Shown piece after piece: positions 1 to 32,650 of a DNA stretch of 64,000 bases. How positions within the stretch are numbered: position 1 is the stretch's first letter; the number at the start of each line of letters is the position of its first letter. The notes under the pieces were generated by a model. The model worked only from the letters and a program-made list of their open reading frames with translations. It made no database searches and was not told the DNA's origin. The DNA is from the human T2T-CHM13v2.0 reference genome, Homo sapiens: assembly GCF_009914755.1 (NCBI RefSeq), contig NC_060931.1, one strand, 5' to 3'. Position numbers and translations under genes: made by a program.

Positions 1-273
1 TACTGCAAGCGTGTTGACAAAGGAAAGGGAAGAGGGCACCTCCATGTTGAATATACCTGGCTTCCAGGTGTCCCTTTTCTATTGGCACAGCTGTTGGCAT
101 TTACCTATGCAAGCTTTTAGCTTGCTTATCTATGCTTGCAGCTTAATTTTTCAGGCTGCTTATTGTTAGAAAAGAAATTATTTGGGGGCTGCTTTTCATT
201 AAAGGGAAATCTTACCACGGACTCTCTTACCCTCACTATCTGCCTAAATAATTTTTTTCTAGCTCCTGTATCA
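1..273 (-). mobile_element. ERV1-class LTR 5' part (MER50-like; family uncertain), cut by the window edge
   Basis: Minus strand begins TGATACAGGAGCTAGAAAAAAATTATTTAGGCAGATAGTGAGGGTAAGAGAGTCC, an LTR-like TG start recognised from memory. Confidence 0.5.
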
Positions 274-739
274 ATGACAGAAGGGATCTTTCTTCTCCCT
301 CCCTCTTTTCCACACCTGGGTGCATCTACCTGGTTTGGGGGAGGGTGAGCGACACAAGGAACAAAGGTTGAGAAGGAATCAGCAGAAGAAAAGGCTCAGA
401 ACTGAAAACAAAGCATCTTCCACAGAGTCAAATATAACAGCACAGGGCCTAGGATACTGTGTGACCTAGAGAAAAGGGAGCAAAGCCAGCCTTGGGCCCA
501 TCTTTCCGCAGAAATCTGGAAGAAACAAAACTATAAACTGGTGAGGTCTTAAGAGTGCACAGGTTTTAAATCTGTAATATTGACCAACAGTCAGCAAATA
601 CATTTCTTTCTCACCAGTATGGCAATGATTCAACTGAGCAACAAGTTGAAATCAAAGAACTGGTGGTACGGAGGCAGCATCCTGGTTTTATTCCATGCTC
701 ATCCCTTCCTGTTCATGCCTGGATTTTTTTAACTCTTTT

Positions 740-1643
<904 letters not shown>

Positions 1644-1689
1644 CTCCACCATGTGCTTTCTAGCATATAATGGCAAGTCTTTCTGCCCA

Positions 1690-4300
<2,611 letters not shown>

Positions 4301-4901
4301 CACTAGGTATTTACAGTAGACGGGATTTATTAAGTACTGTGTACCAGGTGCATGTTATTTCTTTTATTTTACCTTAATTGTTTTAGAAACAGGGTCTCAC
4401 TCTGTTGCCCAGGCTGGAATGTGATGATGCAGTACAGCTCACCGTGATCTCAAACTCCTGGACTCAAGCAATCCTCCCACCTCACCCTGAGTATCTGGGA
4501 CTACAGGCATGCGCCACCACACCTGACTAATTTTTTTAAATTATTTTTTGTAGAGTCAGGGTCATTAATCATAATGCTCACTATATTGGGTAAAATCCTT
4601 ATTAGGAGTTACTCTTTTAAAAAATCAGATGGAGGAGGTTGAAGCTCTAAGCCCAGGTTGCACTGATCTCAGAAAGTGGGATTCAAGGAGAGGAAAACAA
4701 TGGAGAATTATTACAAATGGATGGTAGGGATGGGGACACCAGGAATTTGGGATGAGGATGCTAAAAGTAAGATAAATGATGGCCAGGCACAGTGGCTCAC
4801 TCCTGTAATCCCAGCGCTTTAGGAGGCCAAGGTGGGCAGATCACCTGAGGTCAGAAGTTCGAGACCAGCCTGACCAACATGGAGAAACCCCAACTCTACT
4901 A

Positions 4902-5060
<159 letters not shown>

Positions 5061-5396
5061 TCAAAAAAAAAAAAAAAAGACTAGAAGTAAGAATTCTACA
5101 ATCATTAGACTGGGCAGATGAACTCTTAAGACGGGAAGAAAAGTTGCAAAACGTTAGAGCTTTAAAATAATTTTACTTGGTTTTGGAATACTTATGAATG
5201 TCATGTCTGGTTCTCTTACTATTTACAATATATCCAAAGAAACTGTTTACTGACTTCAGCGGCTGCAAATCTGATTTTTCTCTTCCAGCCCACTCATAGG
5301 CTCCTTCTTGTGGCAAAACATGATATTACTCCTAAGACTCAAACACCAACCTAAGCACAAATATCTGGCAAGTGAAGACATTAAGAGTTTTGTTTT

Positions 5397-7157
<1,761 letters not shown>

Positions 7158-7406
7158 AAGAGTTTTGTTTTCAAAATCCTTTCTTCCTAGGAGGTTGCAA
7201 ATTTTACTGAATAAGAATAACCAGGGATGGGGCCTGGCACGGTGGCTCATGCCTGTAATCCCAGCACTTTGGGAGGCTGAGGCAGGTGGATCACCTGAGG
7301 TCAGGAGTTCGTGACCAGCCTGACCAGCATGGAGAAACCCTGTCTCTACAAAAAATACAAAAGTTAGCAGGGCATGGTGGCACATGCCTGCAATCCCAGC
7401 TACTCA

Positions 7407-7505
<99 letters not shown>

Positions 7506-7749
7506 CTATCTAAAAAAAAAAAAAAAAAAAAGTAGTTCCTTGGAAGTTAAAGGTTAAGCTTAAGGACTGATTCAAAGGCAGGTGCAAAAAATAAACCCTC
7601 TTTTGTAACCCAGAACTCATTTTTCAGTATGAGTTTTGATACATATAAGAAGGAAAGCTAGGCATGGTGGCTCACACCTGTAAACCTAGCACTTTGGGAG
7701 GCCGAGGCGGGTGGATCACGAGGTCAGGAGATCGAGACCATCCTGGTTA

Positions 7750-8553
<804 letters not shown>

Positions 8554-9443
8554 GTCATGCTTACATGATATGTCAAGACAGCTTTTCTTAAAGGCTTTTA
8601 CCTTGAGAACATGATTCCTAGAGTTGTAATGGCATATCCCACAGATTTGTACTATGCTTGAGTGTGATTCCTCAGGAACGAATATGATTTGAACTCATTC
8701 ACGTTTAGAGAGGGTGTCAAGTTGAAAACCAGGCAGATTCACTTACCCTAAAAATGACTCTAAAGTAAAATGATTGAAGAAATTAGATTCCAAAGATTCT
8801 GGGTGGAAATTCTGAAGTATATTTACATTCATGTGGACATAAAAGAGGCCAAAATTCAAGAACTGTGGGCTGACAGGAGAGCTGTGGATTAAGCACCAGT
8901 TCTATTAAAAGGGAGGCTGGGCACAGTGGCTCACACTTTTAATCCCAGTGATTCAGGAGGCTGAGGTGGGAGGATGGCTTGAACCCAGGAGTTCGAGACC
9001 AGCCTGGGCAATATAGCAAGACCCCATTACAGGTATGAGCCACTGCACCTGGCCTCATCTTTTAATTAGCATAAAGCCCTTAGTTCCTACAGCTTTGCTC
9101 CACAAGAGTGAAGTCAACGCTGAGCCTCAGCAGGACATCTCTTCCCACTGTGGGCCCCGAAGCTTAGTGAAGCTAACTTGCTGGCCTCTGGAGAACCAAA
9201 ATCTGTGTCTAGAAATGGTTCCAGCAACTTCTCCACACCCCATGATGAAATAGATTACTGGGCTTTTTCCTGATGTGATGCAAGATCAAATACACTTTGC
9301 ATAATTCAGATTTTAGACTACACCAGCCAAAACCACAAGGACACTGTGCTACTGTCTTGAGTTGGTGACTCTCTTTTCATTCTACCTAATCACCCTGTGG
9401 CCCTGGGTGACAGCCAGCCTCTCTCCAGCCAAGAAGATCATGA

Positions 9444-9710
<267 letters not shown>

Positions 9711-10225
9711 TGATCCTCCCACTTCAGCCTTCCAAAGCACTGGCATTACAGGTATGAACAACCATGCCTAGCCCCATATTAGTATTTTCCCTTTTTTTTT
9801 TTTTTGTACTTTTAGTAGAGTCAGGGTTTCACCATGTTAGCCAGGATGGTCTTGATCTCCTGACCTCGTAATCTGCCTGCCTTGGCCTCCCAAAGTGCTA
9901 GGATTACAGACGTGAGCCACCACACCTGGCCCCATATTAGTATTTTTCCTGTACAATATTGGATGAGCAATATGTAAAAATACTGATTTGAACAGGTTTA
10001 TTCCATTTAGTCAGAGAAGATAAGCCAAAGCGCTCAGGAGGAAATTGCCCAGCCAGTGACATTTCACAGTAATGTCGAATACTTTGAGCAAATAAAGAAT
10101 AGCACATGACAGGAGGAACATTTCAATTTTTTTAAAAAAAGCAAAGGGCAACATGAGCAGGCCAGGGCAAAGGAAGATTTGAATGTGAGCTCTGGCGTCA
10201 TGACAGGAGAGATGGGTAGGGGTAG

Positions 10226-10478
<253 letters not shown>

Positions 10479-10535
10479 TAGCTGAGATTACAGGCGCCCG
10501 CCACCACACCCGGCTGATTTTTGTGTGTTTAGTAG

Positions 10536-11715
<1,180 letters not shown>

Positions 11716-12319
11716 TGCCAGGGGAGGTCGGTCACTACTGTAATCCCAGCACTTTTGTAGGCTGAGGCTGGTGGATCACCTGAGGTCAGGAGTTTGAGAC
11801 CAGCCTGGCCAACATGGTGAAACCCCATCTCTACTAAAAATACAAAAATTAGCTTGGCATGGTGGCAGACACCTGTAATCCCAGCTACTCACAAAGCTGA
11901 GGCAGGAGAATCACTTGAACCCAGAAGATGGAGGTTCCAGTAAGCCAAGATCACGCCACTGCACTCCAGCCTGGGTGAGAGAGCAAGACTCCATCTCAAA
12001 AAAAAAAAAAAAAGAGTGTTTCTAACCAGGTCAGCATGAAACAGCAAGTGGGTGTGGGGGACACAGGAGCCTGACAAGGGAGGTGACCTGGGGGTAGGGC
12101 TGGGCCATGAGCATAGACTAGGCATCAGGGATGATAAAGGAGTCCAGAGAACCCAATGTGGTTCCTTCGACAGTCACTGCTTGCTCCCCCAAAGGAGGAC
12201 CACTGTTAGATTCTCCCACAGGTAGGACCAAATCCAAGTGCAAATTGAAGAGGCCCCAACCCAAAGAGTCTCATTGCCAAAAATGATCTCTTTTAATAAT
12301 TTCTCAGTCACCTTAGAAT

Positions 12320-22020
<9,701 letters not shown>

Positions 22021-22259
22021 ACAATACCACAAGGCGTCTAGGGACACCTGAACAATCCCCAAGGGAAAGGGGGTTCAGGCCACACTTGGGATTGCCCAGG
22101 TCAAGGTGCCCAGGAACCATGGCCTCCAGGGGAAACCAAGAGTTTCAGATGAATTCAGTGCTTGAGGGCAGAACCAATGAGAAAATCTAGTCACATTTCT
22201 ACAGCGCATCACCGTTAAAAAAAGGATTCTCTGTTATGCTAGGCAAGGAGGGATGATTA

Positions 22260-22265
22260 TTTATT
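22260..22265 (-). terminator. AZGP1: AZGP1 polyadenylation signal
   Basis: AATAAA on the minus strand ~245 nt past the stop codon; conserved in the paralogue at 43294-43299. Confidence 0.85.
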
Positions 22266-22509
22266 AGCTTCTACAGATTAGACAATGGGGTGGGGGTGGG
22301 CTCAAGGTGAGATGATTTTTTGGGTCCAAGTCTACTCAAGACAGGCATCCCAGTCTTCGGTCTCCAAATCCACCTCCTGTCTGTCCCCCCACACTGCTCC
22401 TCAGGCCTTGTGGATCCATTGACTGTGATTTCTGTGGTTCAGCTCCCACATCAGGCAGGAAGGGCAGCTACTGGGTCTGAGATCCCACATTGCCTCCAAC
22501 CCTTGCTTC

Positions 22510-22793
22510 CTAGCTGGCCTCCCAGGGCACCACGAGGGGCTGGGCCAGGCTGCTGTGCTGCACGTGGCAGGAGTAGGGGGCTGTGTCCTGCGGGGGCACT
22601 GCCACCACCACCCAGGACTGGTAAGTGCCATTTCCATTGTGAAGAACATCTCCCCGTAACTCAGGCTCCTGCACCTCGCCGGCCCGAGTCCAGTGCACAT
22701 CAATTTTCCCTGGGTAGAAGTCGTAGGCCAGGCACTTCAGTTTCTTCTTTTCTCCTGGGGCCTGGTGGCTGGTGACCACCACAGAGGGAGGAT
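22510..22793 (-). CDS. AZGP1: AZGP1 exon 4 (alpha3 Ig-C1 domain, stop codon)
   Basis: PPSVVVTSHQAPGEKKKLKCLAYDFYPGKIDVHWT...SCHVQHSSLAQPLVVPWEAS*; CAG acceptor at 22796-22794; 284 nt. Confidence 0.97.
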
Positions 22794-23661
22794 CTGTGGA
22801 GGGATAGAGTGTGACACTGCAGGCTTGAGGTGGACTTCTCCCGGCCCAGGTCTCTTCCTACCCCCACCCCTGGATGTCAGCGATCAGCAGAGCTCGAAGC
22901 TCTGTACCTGCCCACCCCCAGCCCCGGGAGACTTTCCAGAATATCAGGGAAGGCTGACGCTTTCCCTCTTGCCCAATCCCCACCTCACCCATGTATTGAC
23001 TCTGACGGCAATAAGTTGTGAATGCTCCGTGTGCTTCTCCATGTTTTCCCACATCTCAGTGGGCTTTGGAGTTCTGTCCCCCAGTCTCAGTCCAGCTGCT
23101 TGGTTCAGCCCATGCCTCTATCCAGCAACCACTTCCCTGCAGCACTGCACAATCCTGAGTCTCACTACGTCTCCAATCCAAGTCTCAGCTTGCAGCCATC
23201 AATTCCGCTCACACTGGCTTGCTCTTGTCCTTCTGGGGCTGACATTTTACACGCCTCCCTTCTCTCCACCACCCAGATGGGAGGCATCATTGTAGAGATA
23301 AAAAACGATGGGATTTGGAATCTGAAATCTGGAATTTGAGTCCCAGCTCTGCCTCTTACAGACAGTGTTACCCTCACCTCCCTAACCTCAAGCTCCTTGT
23401 CTGTTAATTGGAGATGATTTGGGGACACTCATCAAGAAAGAATGGCCTTCCTGGCCCATTCTGCCTGAAATTTTGATGATGTTCTTTTTGGACCACAAAT
23501 TATATTATCCCAGGGAAGGAATAAATCCTAAAAGATGAAAGCTGGGGGTCTGAGGGACATCCAGGAACAGATGAGACCGGACTAAGATGTTGCCTGAGCT
23601 CCTAGCCTGAGATCGTCTTTTATTCTGGGCTCAGTACTGGGGAGCAGGAAGCAGTGAGTAC

Positions 23662-23937
23662 CTTGCCGGTCCAGGATATTTTTGCTGTATTTCAGGTATT
23701 TCCGCAGAGTCGCAGGGCACTCCTCCTCCAGGTAAGCCTTGGCCCGCTGCACGTAGACTGGTTCTGCCTCCCACTTCTGCTTGGTTATCTGGGCTGCTGG
23801 GTCGAAGGGGACCCAGGCTGGGATTTCTTTGTTGAATTCAATGTAGTCCTTTCCATCATAGTAATATTTCCAGAATGCTCCGCTGCTTCTGTTATTCTCG
23901 ATCTCACAACCAAACCTTCCCTGCAATACGTGAGACC
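23662..23937 (-). CDS. AZGP1: AZGP1 exon 3 (alpha2 domain)
   Basis: [31 protein letters not shown]...[19 protein letters not shown]; AG/GT boundaries; 276 nt. Confidence 0.97.
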
Positions 23938-24187
23938 CTGAAAACTCCCCCGACCCCACAGAGAGACAGTCAGCCTGGTGAGAAATTTATCAAAATAACT
24001 CTTAGTCTTGCACATTGGGCAACCCAAAAGAAATAAAGGTTTTTGCAATTCAAGCATGCAATCCCTTTATCAAGACAAATAGGTTATTACTCCAATATAT
24101 ACAACAGACAGAGAGGGGCTAACTCAGTTTGGTTTGGCATTTCAGGTTTGTCTCAGATGAGATATGTTCCTCCTTAAGAGAGCTACA

Positions 24188-25102
<915 letters not shown>

Positions 25103-27256
25103 AGCTACAGAATATGAATATATTTCTATCTCTTCTATAGCATCTCTTCTAAGGACAATTATTTGTTTGAATTTATGCTGAGTCCTGAGGAAGCTGTCAC
25201 AACTACACCAAAGTGTACTTCCAAATTGGATAGAAATTATTTGTGATTTCATATGAGTAAAGGAAGGCTCTCTTTTTCTCTCAGTTCTAGGAAGAGTTCA
25301 TATCATCACCTAAGTAACCCTAATCTGATCACTTCTTTCTACCTTTCTGGTGTTTGATATCTTTATCCCAAATCTCTAAAGCCCCAACCTTCTTGCCCAT
25401 TAGCCACAACTCTCAGAAATGGACCTCATAGGGCAGGGGACACAGCCTCTTTGTTCTGATGATAAAAGCAGGTGTTTACCCAGCACTGGTTGGTGCTGTT
25501 GGCATAGACTCTGAAAGCTCTCAAGCTGTCTGGGCTCACGTCCCAGGTCTCTCCCCAGCCCCCCACCCCCACCTGGTGTGTTGCCTGAACTGGAGCCACT
25601 CAACTCCCTGTGCCTCTATTTCCTCACCTCTGAAATGGCAATGCCAAGAGCACTGTTTTAGGGGGCTATTCTGAGCATTATATATGCTCATAGATGGGCC
25701 TGGCACAAAGTAAGTGCTCAGTAAATGTCAGCTACTATTATTTCCTTTTTTTGTTTTTTGTTTTTTGTTTTTAGACAACGTTTCACTCTTGTCACCCAGG
25801 CTGTAGTGCAATGGTAGGATTTTGGCTCACTGTAACCTCTGCCTCCTGGGTTCAAGCAATTCTCCTGCCTCAGCCTCCTGAGTAGCTGGGACCACAGACG
25901 TGTGCCACCATGCCAGGCTATTTTTGTATTATTAGTAGAGACAGGGTTTCACCATGTTGGCCGGGCTGGTCTCGAACTCCTGACCTTAGGTGATCTGCCT
26001 GCCTCAGCCTCCCAAAGTGCTGGGATTACAAGAGTGAGCCACCAAGCCCTGCCTTCTATTATTTTCTAATACCCTGTGTTCATCTCCTCATCCTCCTTCC
26101 TCTTAATTATCCACTTTGCCATTTCTATTCCTGTCCATCAATGCTTCCCCCAGTGTCTTTTCTGATCACCTGTGCCCCCTCCTCTCCTATTGCTGACACA
26201 CAGCCTGGGCCATTTTCCTTACCAAGACCTCCCCCACCCCACATCCTTGAAACATCTGCCTATCTCTTTCTTGCCTCCTTTTGAAAATCTTCAGATCCCA
26301 TGTAGCACCTTGGGCATTTTTGTACTTAGTAGCCCATCTTTTGACACCCACTCTATGATAATTTAACACCAGCAGTTCACCAGACCTGAGGTTGGCTGCC
26401 TTGGGGCTGGCAGTGTGGTTTAGGAGAAAGAGCACTGGGCCGGGGGCACAGGGACCATCTCTGCACGGGCTCTGCCACCAGCTCCTCTGACCATAGCGCA
26501 GGTGGCCCTTCCTGGGTCTGCATCGTATGGTAAGGAGGAACTTTAGGGCTCCAAGGAACTCTAACAGCCCACAGTTTTGAATCCAGCACTTCCTGAGCCC
26601 CCAGCATGGGCTACGGTGTGTGCCGGGTGCTTTTCTCTGTGGATTCCACAAATTTCAATTGAGCCAATATTGGCTGTACCCTGTGCTAGGTGATGGAGCT
26701 GCAAGGGAGATCAGGACAGACTGTGACATCCTTCATAGAACAGACATAGTTAAATATTACAGACTTGTTTGGAGGTAGGTCTCAGTGCTCCAATGTTTGC
26801 AGATTTCAACCAGATATTTTGGGAACGTTTCACTGTCAACAGCTAGGACTGGCAGAACCACCAGGTGAGCCCAGGTCTGAGTGACTTTGAGAGTGGCTCA
26901 CTCTCCAGGCAACCTCCCTGGACAGGGGTGAGTCTGATGCCTTCTCACGGGGGTATCAGCCTCCGATGGGTGGGGTGTGGAGGTGAGAGGTCATAGGTGC
27001 CTGGATAGGAAGTGACTCTGCCATCACTTCCTGTGTGACCTGAGGCCTGGGATGAGGATGGGGCAATTGATGGGGAAGCGGGGAGCACCTGTGCTGTGGG
27101 GTGGGTGGGATGCGGACATGTCTGTGTTTCTGCTGTGTCTCCTGTTCTTCCCCTGGGATTGGGACTATTTCCATCCTGCTGATCCCTTGCCACTCACACT
27201 GGGGGGGCTGCCTCTTGGGTTAGACCTTCCACCCCTGTGGTCTGTTATTCACTGAC

Positions 27257-27517
27257 CGTTACTGTCGTTGTAATACTCCACGATGTCTTTCAGGGTCTCC
27301 ATAAAGATGTCCTCCCTGGCCTTCTGAAGTTGGCTGTCCTGCTTCCAATCCTCCATTCCTTCCACCTGTCTCCAGAGTCCCATGGGCTGAGACTTCCTGT
27401 CTTTACTGTTGTATCTAAAGAACTGGAGGTCATTGAGTGAGCCAAGGGCCTGAAACGCGGGGACGTCTTCAACATGCTTGGACAGCCCAGTGTAGATATA
27501 GGTCAGAGAGTAACGAC
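27257..27517 (-). CDS. AZGP1: AZGP1 exon 2 (alpha1 domain)
   Basis: RYSLTYIYTGLSKHVEDVPAFQALGSLNDLQFFRYNSKDRK...EYYNDSN; AG/GT boundaries; 261 nt. Confidence 0.97.
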
Positions 27518-28025
27518 CTGCAAAAGAAAAGATTCTGATGGTTGAGGTCCATGCAAGGGTCCCACTGTGGGGCTGCATAGGGCTAGGAGGGGAGACCTGC
27601 CACTGGCCTTTTCTTCCCCAGCTCTTTCTCCTGCCATCAACTTCACACCACTGGAGGCTCACTCAAGTGAATATGCTCTACTTTCATGCCTGAGATGATA
27701 TTTCAGAGACCATCCTGTGTCTTCACTACATTATTTCCTCTGCTTGACACATAGGAAGATAACATTACTCAGCCACCTCGAAGATATATTGGGACCATGT
27801 GACTGAGTTTTGTCAAAAGAGAATGTGAGCAGAAGTGATGTCTTTCTTCTTGTCCAAGACCCTACCAGCTGGCTTGTCCCTTTTGTTTCTCATCCCTAGA
27901 GGTGACGACTTTGAAGGCCACAGGATAATATGAAAGAGTCTCAATATGCAATTGGCCTGGATCCCTGAGTCACCCCATGGAGGAATGGAACCTTGCCCAG
28001 TGTGCATGGAATCTGACATGCGTTA

Positions 28026-28175
<150 letters not shown>

Positions 28176-28465
28176 TTAGCTGGGCATGGTGGTGCGGGCC
28201 TGTAATCCCAGTCATGCTGGAGGCTGAGGCAGGAAAATCACTTGAACCAGAGAGGCAGAGGTTGCAACAAGCCAAGATCATGCCACTGCACTCCAGCTTG
28301 GATGACAGAGTGAGACTCCGTCTCAAAAAAAACAAATTAACATTTCGTCCGGGCTCAGTGGCTCACGCCTGTAATCCCAGCACTTTAGGGGGCCGAGGCG
28401 GGTGGATCACGAGGTCAGGAGATCGAGACCATCCTGGCTAACATGGTGAAACCCCGTCTCTACTA

Positions 28466-28600
<135 letters not shown>

Positions 28601-28972
28601 CTAGGTGACAAAGCAAGGCTCCATCTCAAAAAAAAAAAAATTAACACTTCTAGCTTAACCTGACAAATACATATAGTTAGAAAGGGTAGAAAGGAGAATT
28701 TACCAGAAAATTCAAGAAATGACCCAGACTGAATTAGCACAGGGTAAGACTAGGATGGAGCTCAGAATTCCCGGGGTTGTACCTTGCATTTTGGTACAAG
28801 GTGGGATCTGGGAGAGAGGGACATTTCCATAATAGTTCCATAATTATTTTATGATACAATTTACACAGGTGCTAATGATGTTGGAGGTCATATGGCAGAA
28901 TCCTAGTTCAATTACTAAAATTATTCTTGCTCCTGAGTGTCTAAATGTGATTAGCCTTTAAATCAGTAGACC

Positions 28973-30323
<1,351 letters not shown>

Positions 30324-30729
30324 AAATCAGTAGACCTTGAGTAAAGTGGATTACTCTCCATAGTGGTGGGCTTCATCCAATCAGTTGAAGGCCTTAAGAG
30401 AAAAAGCCTCAGATGTCCCCTAAAGAGGAAAGAATTCTGCCTACAGTCTGCCCTTGGAATCAAGACTAAGACATCAACTCTTCCCTGGGTCTCCAGCCTG
30501 CTGGCCGGCTCTGAAGATTTAGGACTTGTTACTCCTCCCAATAGTGTGAGTCAATTTCTTAAAATAAATCTCTACTCTCTCTCTCTTTTGTATACATATA
30601 TGTAAATCTCTTCCTATGTGTGTGTGTATCCATGTGTATACAGTGTATGTATGTATGTGTACGTACATATATATGTATATGTGTACCACCTATTAGTTCT
30701 GTTTCTCTGGAGAACCCTGAGTAATTCAG
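30324..30729 (+). mobile_element. MLT2-type (ERVL) LTR fragment with internal TA/TG microsatellite; inverted paralogue at ~37412-37840
   Basis: CATCCAATCAGTTGAAGGCC...GTTCTGTTTCTCTGGAGAACCCTGA motifs. Confidence 0.75.
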
Positions 30730-31455
30730 ATTTTGGCACAGAATCAGATTAACATTCCAAAGTGATTGTTATATAACAAACATATAACACCTTTTCTGAC
30801 AATTTGTAAATGTCATGAATTTTAAACTCACACAACTGAGAAGCCATTCGCTTCCATGTCTTTATCCTGCACATTCTCATGCCACAAACAGCCTCCTTCC
30901 CTTATCCTAGGAGTGACTCTTGATCTCCCGGAGCTCCCACTCTCTTCTCTTCCAGCCACTCGCCTTCCAGACCCACTGCAGTGGTGTCTGAGTGTGGGAT
31001 TTGGGCACGGGTTTCCTTCTAGCACCATCCCTCCAGCCAACCTGCCTTCCCACTTTCCCCTTGGGGCTGCTCTCTCTTTTCCTCAGCGTCAGGCAGGTGT
31101 ACCCAGCCATCGGAAGGAGGGAAGGAACAGGAGCAGAAGCAGCTCCAGGCATATGGTTCCTACTCCGTCCTGACTGTCTACCCCAAGCAGGTCGCTTGGT
31201 CTTTGGAGTCTTTGTTTTCACTGTAAACTAGGGGTTTTAGATTCAGATTCCTGAAGGTCTTATTTCGGGCCAGCGCAGAGGCTCCCTGAATGCTCCTGGA
31301 AGTGTGTGAGCTGAGGGAGTTGACAGCCTTGGGCACCCATTCCTGCCGTATGCCAGGGTATCCCAGCTGCATCCAGCCTGTCTCCCAGCCACATGTCCTG
31401 TTCCTCACCTCCTTCCAGTCCTCTCCAGCACCCATCCCTTGCTTTCCCCACTCAC

Positions 31456-31531
31456 CATCTTGGTTCTCCTGGGGGACAGCAGGACCCAGAAGCAGCAGCA
31501 GAGACAGCAGGACAGGCACCATTCTTACCAT
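31456..31531 (-). CDS. AZGP1: AZGP1 exon 1 (signal peptide)
   Basis: MVRMVPVLLSLLLLLGPAVPQENQD; GTGAG donor; the four exons total 76+261+276+284 = 897 nt = 298 aa plus stop. Confidence 0.97.
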
Positions 31532-31559
31532 TGTGTCTGCTTGGAGGGTTCTGGGCAGG

Positions 31560-31730
31560 AGGCACAGATATTATCCTGGGTCCTGGGGCCCTGCCCAGGG
31601 GAGGTGAATCTACAGGCCAATGGGAGTGCCAGGACGGGCTCCTCCCCTAATAGAGAAAAAAAAATGATACACAAGCTAGGCTGGGCAGAGGTTATGAAGA
31701 ATGAATCTACACACAGGATATGCAAATTCA
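31560..31730 (-). promoter_or_regulatory. AZGP1: AZGP1 proximal promoter
   Basis: AT-rich GATAAT ~40 nt upstream of the ATG, CCAAT box at 31617-31621, octamer ATGCAAAT at 31720-31727; all conserved in the paralogue (36194-36198, 36089-36096). Confidence 0.6.
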
Positions 31731-32344
31731 GAGCTGAGTCCAGAGTTGATCTCTGGACTGAGGCTTTGTGTGTGCCTGGGGTGGAAGGATGCCAGTGGGT
31801 AGGAGGTGCGTGTGATGGGTGGCAAGCGCCTGGGATGTGTCACCCTTCCAGTCTATTGTGACAACCCCTGGGCCAGTAGGGGCATTTGTGTGTTTTTGGA
31901 CCACACTGTATCCCTGCCTTCCAGAAAAACTCTCAACATGTCCAAGACATGGACCTGGGTAGACCCCAGCTGGGGTGGGACCCTCACTCTCCCACATCCG
32001 ATCCTGCCAGAGGCTGTGTCTGGAGGACAGTCACATTCCCATCTCTCCCTCCTTCCTTTCTGTGCCTGTGGAATCCCAGCCTTCCATGATGGAAGCAGAA
32101 ATAGCCGCATCCTCCTTTTGCAGCCTCCCTGGCAACAGAACGAGCCTCCCAAAATGCTGGGATTAAAGGCGTGAGCCACCACGCCCAGCCAAGATAATTT
32201 TTAATGCATACAACAAGACTCGTTTTACACAGACGAAGCCAGTTATTTGAAAACCAGGTCTTTCCAGGCACGCTCAGTGTTGATGGGCTATTTGCAGAGA
32301 GACCCTCCGAATACAAAGCAACATGCTATTCTAAAGTGACTGGG

Positions 32345-32650
32345 GCCCGGGTGCGGTGACTCATGCTTGTAATCCCAGCACTTTGGGAGGCTGAGGTGGT
32401 TGGATCACCTCAGGTTGAGGTCAGGTACTCGAGACCAGCCTGGGCAACATGATGAAACCTCGTCTCTACTGAAAAAATACAAGAATTAGCTGCGCGTGGT
32501 GGCACATGCCTATAATCCCAGCACTCAGGAAGCTGAGGCAGGGGTTTCACCATGTTGGCCAAGCTGGTTTTGAACTCCTGACCTCGTGATCTGCCCGCCT
32601 CGGTCTCCCAAAGTGCTGGGTTTACTAGTGTGAGCAACTGTGCCCAGCCT
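32345..32650. mobile_element. Chimeric Alu(+)/Alu(-) junction
   Basis: A sense Alu breaks at ~32540 (GCTGAGGCA) and continues as an antisense left monomer (GGGGTTTCACCATGTTGGCC). Confidence 0.85.

Noticed and set aside
26187-26651. 154-aa intronic ORF with a 150-aa counterpart at 39520-39972
   Set aside because: Both copies start at non-ATG codons, and the shared open frame is explained by near-identity of the duplicated intron; no domain similarity
31178-31455. 117-aa ORF extending AZGP1 exon 1
   Set aside because: Read-through past a canonical GTGAG donor into intron 1
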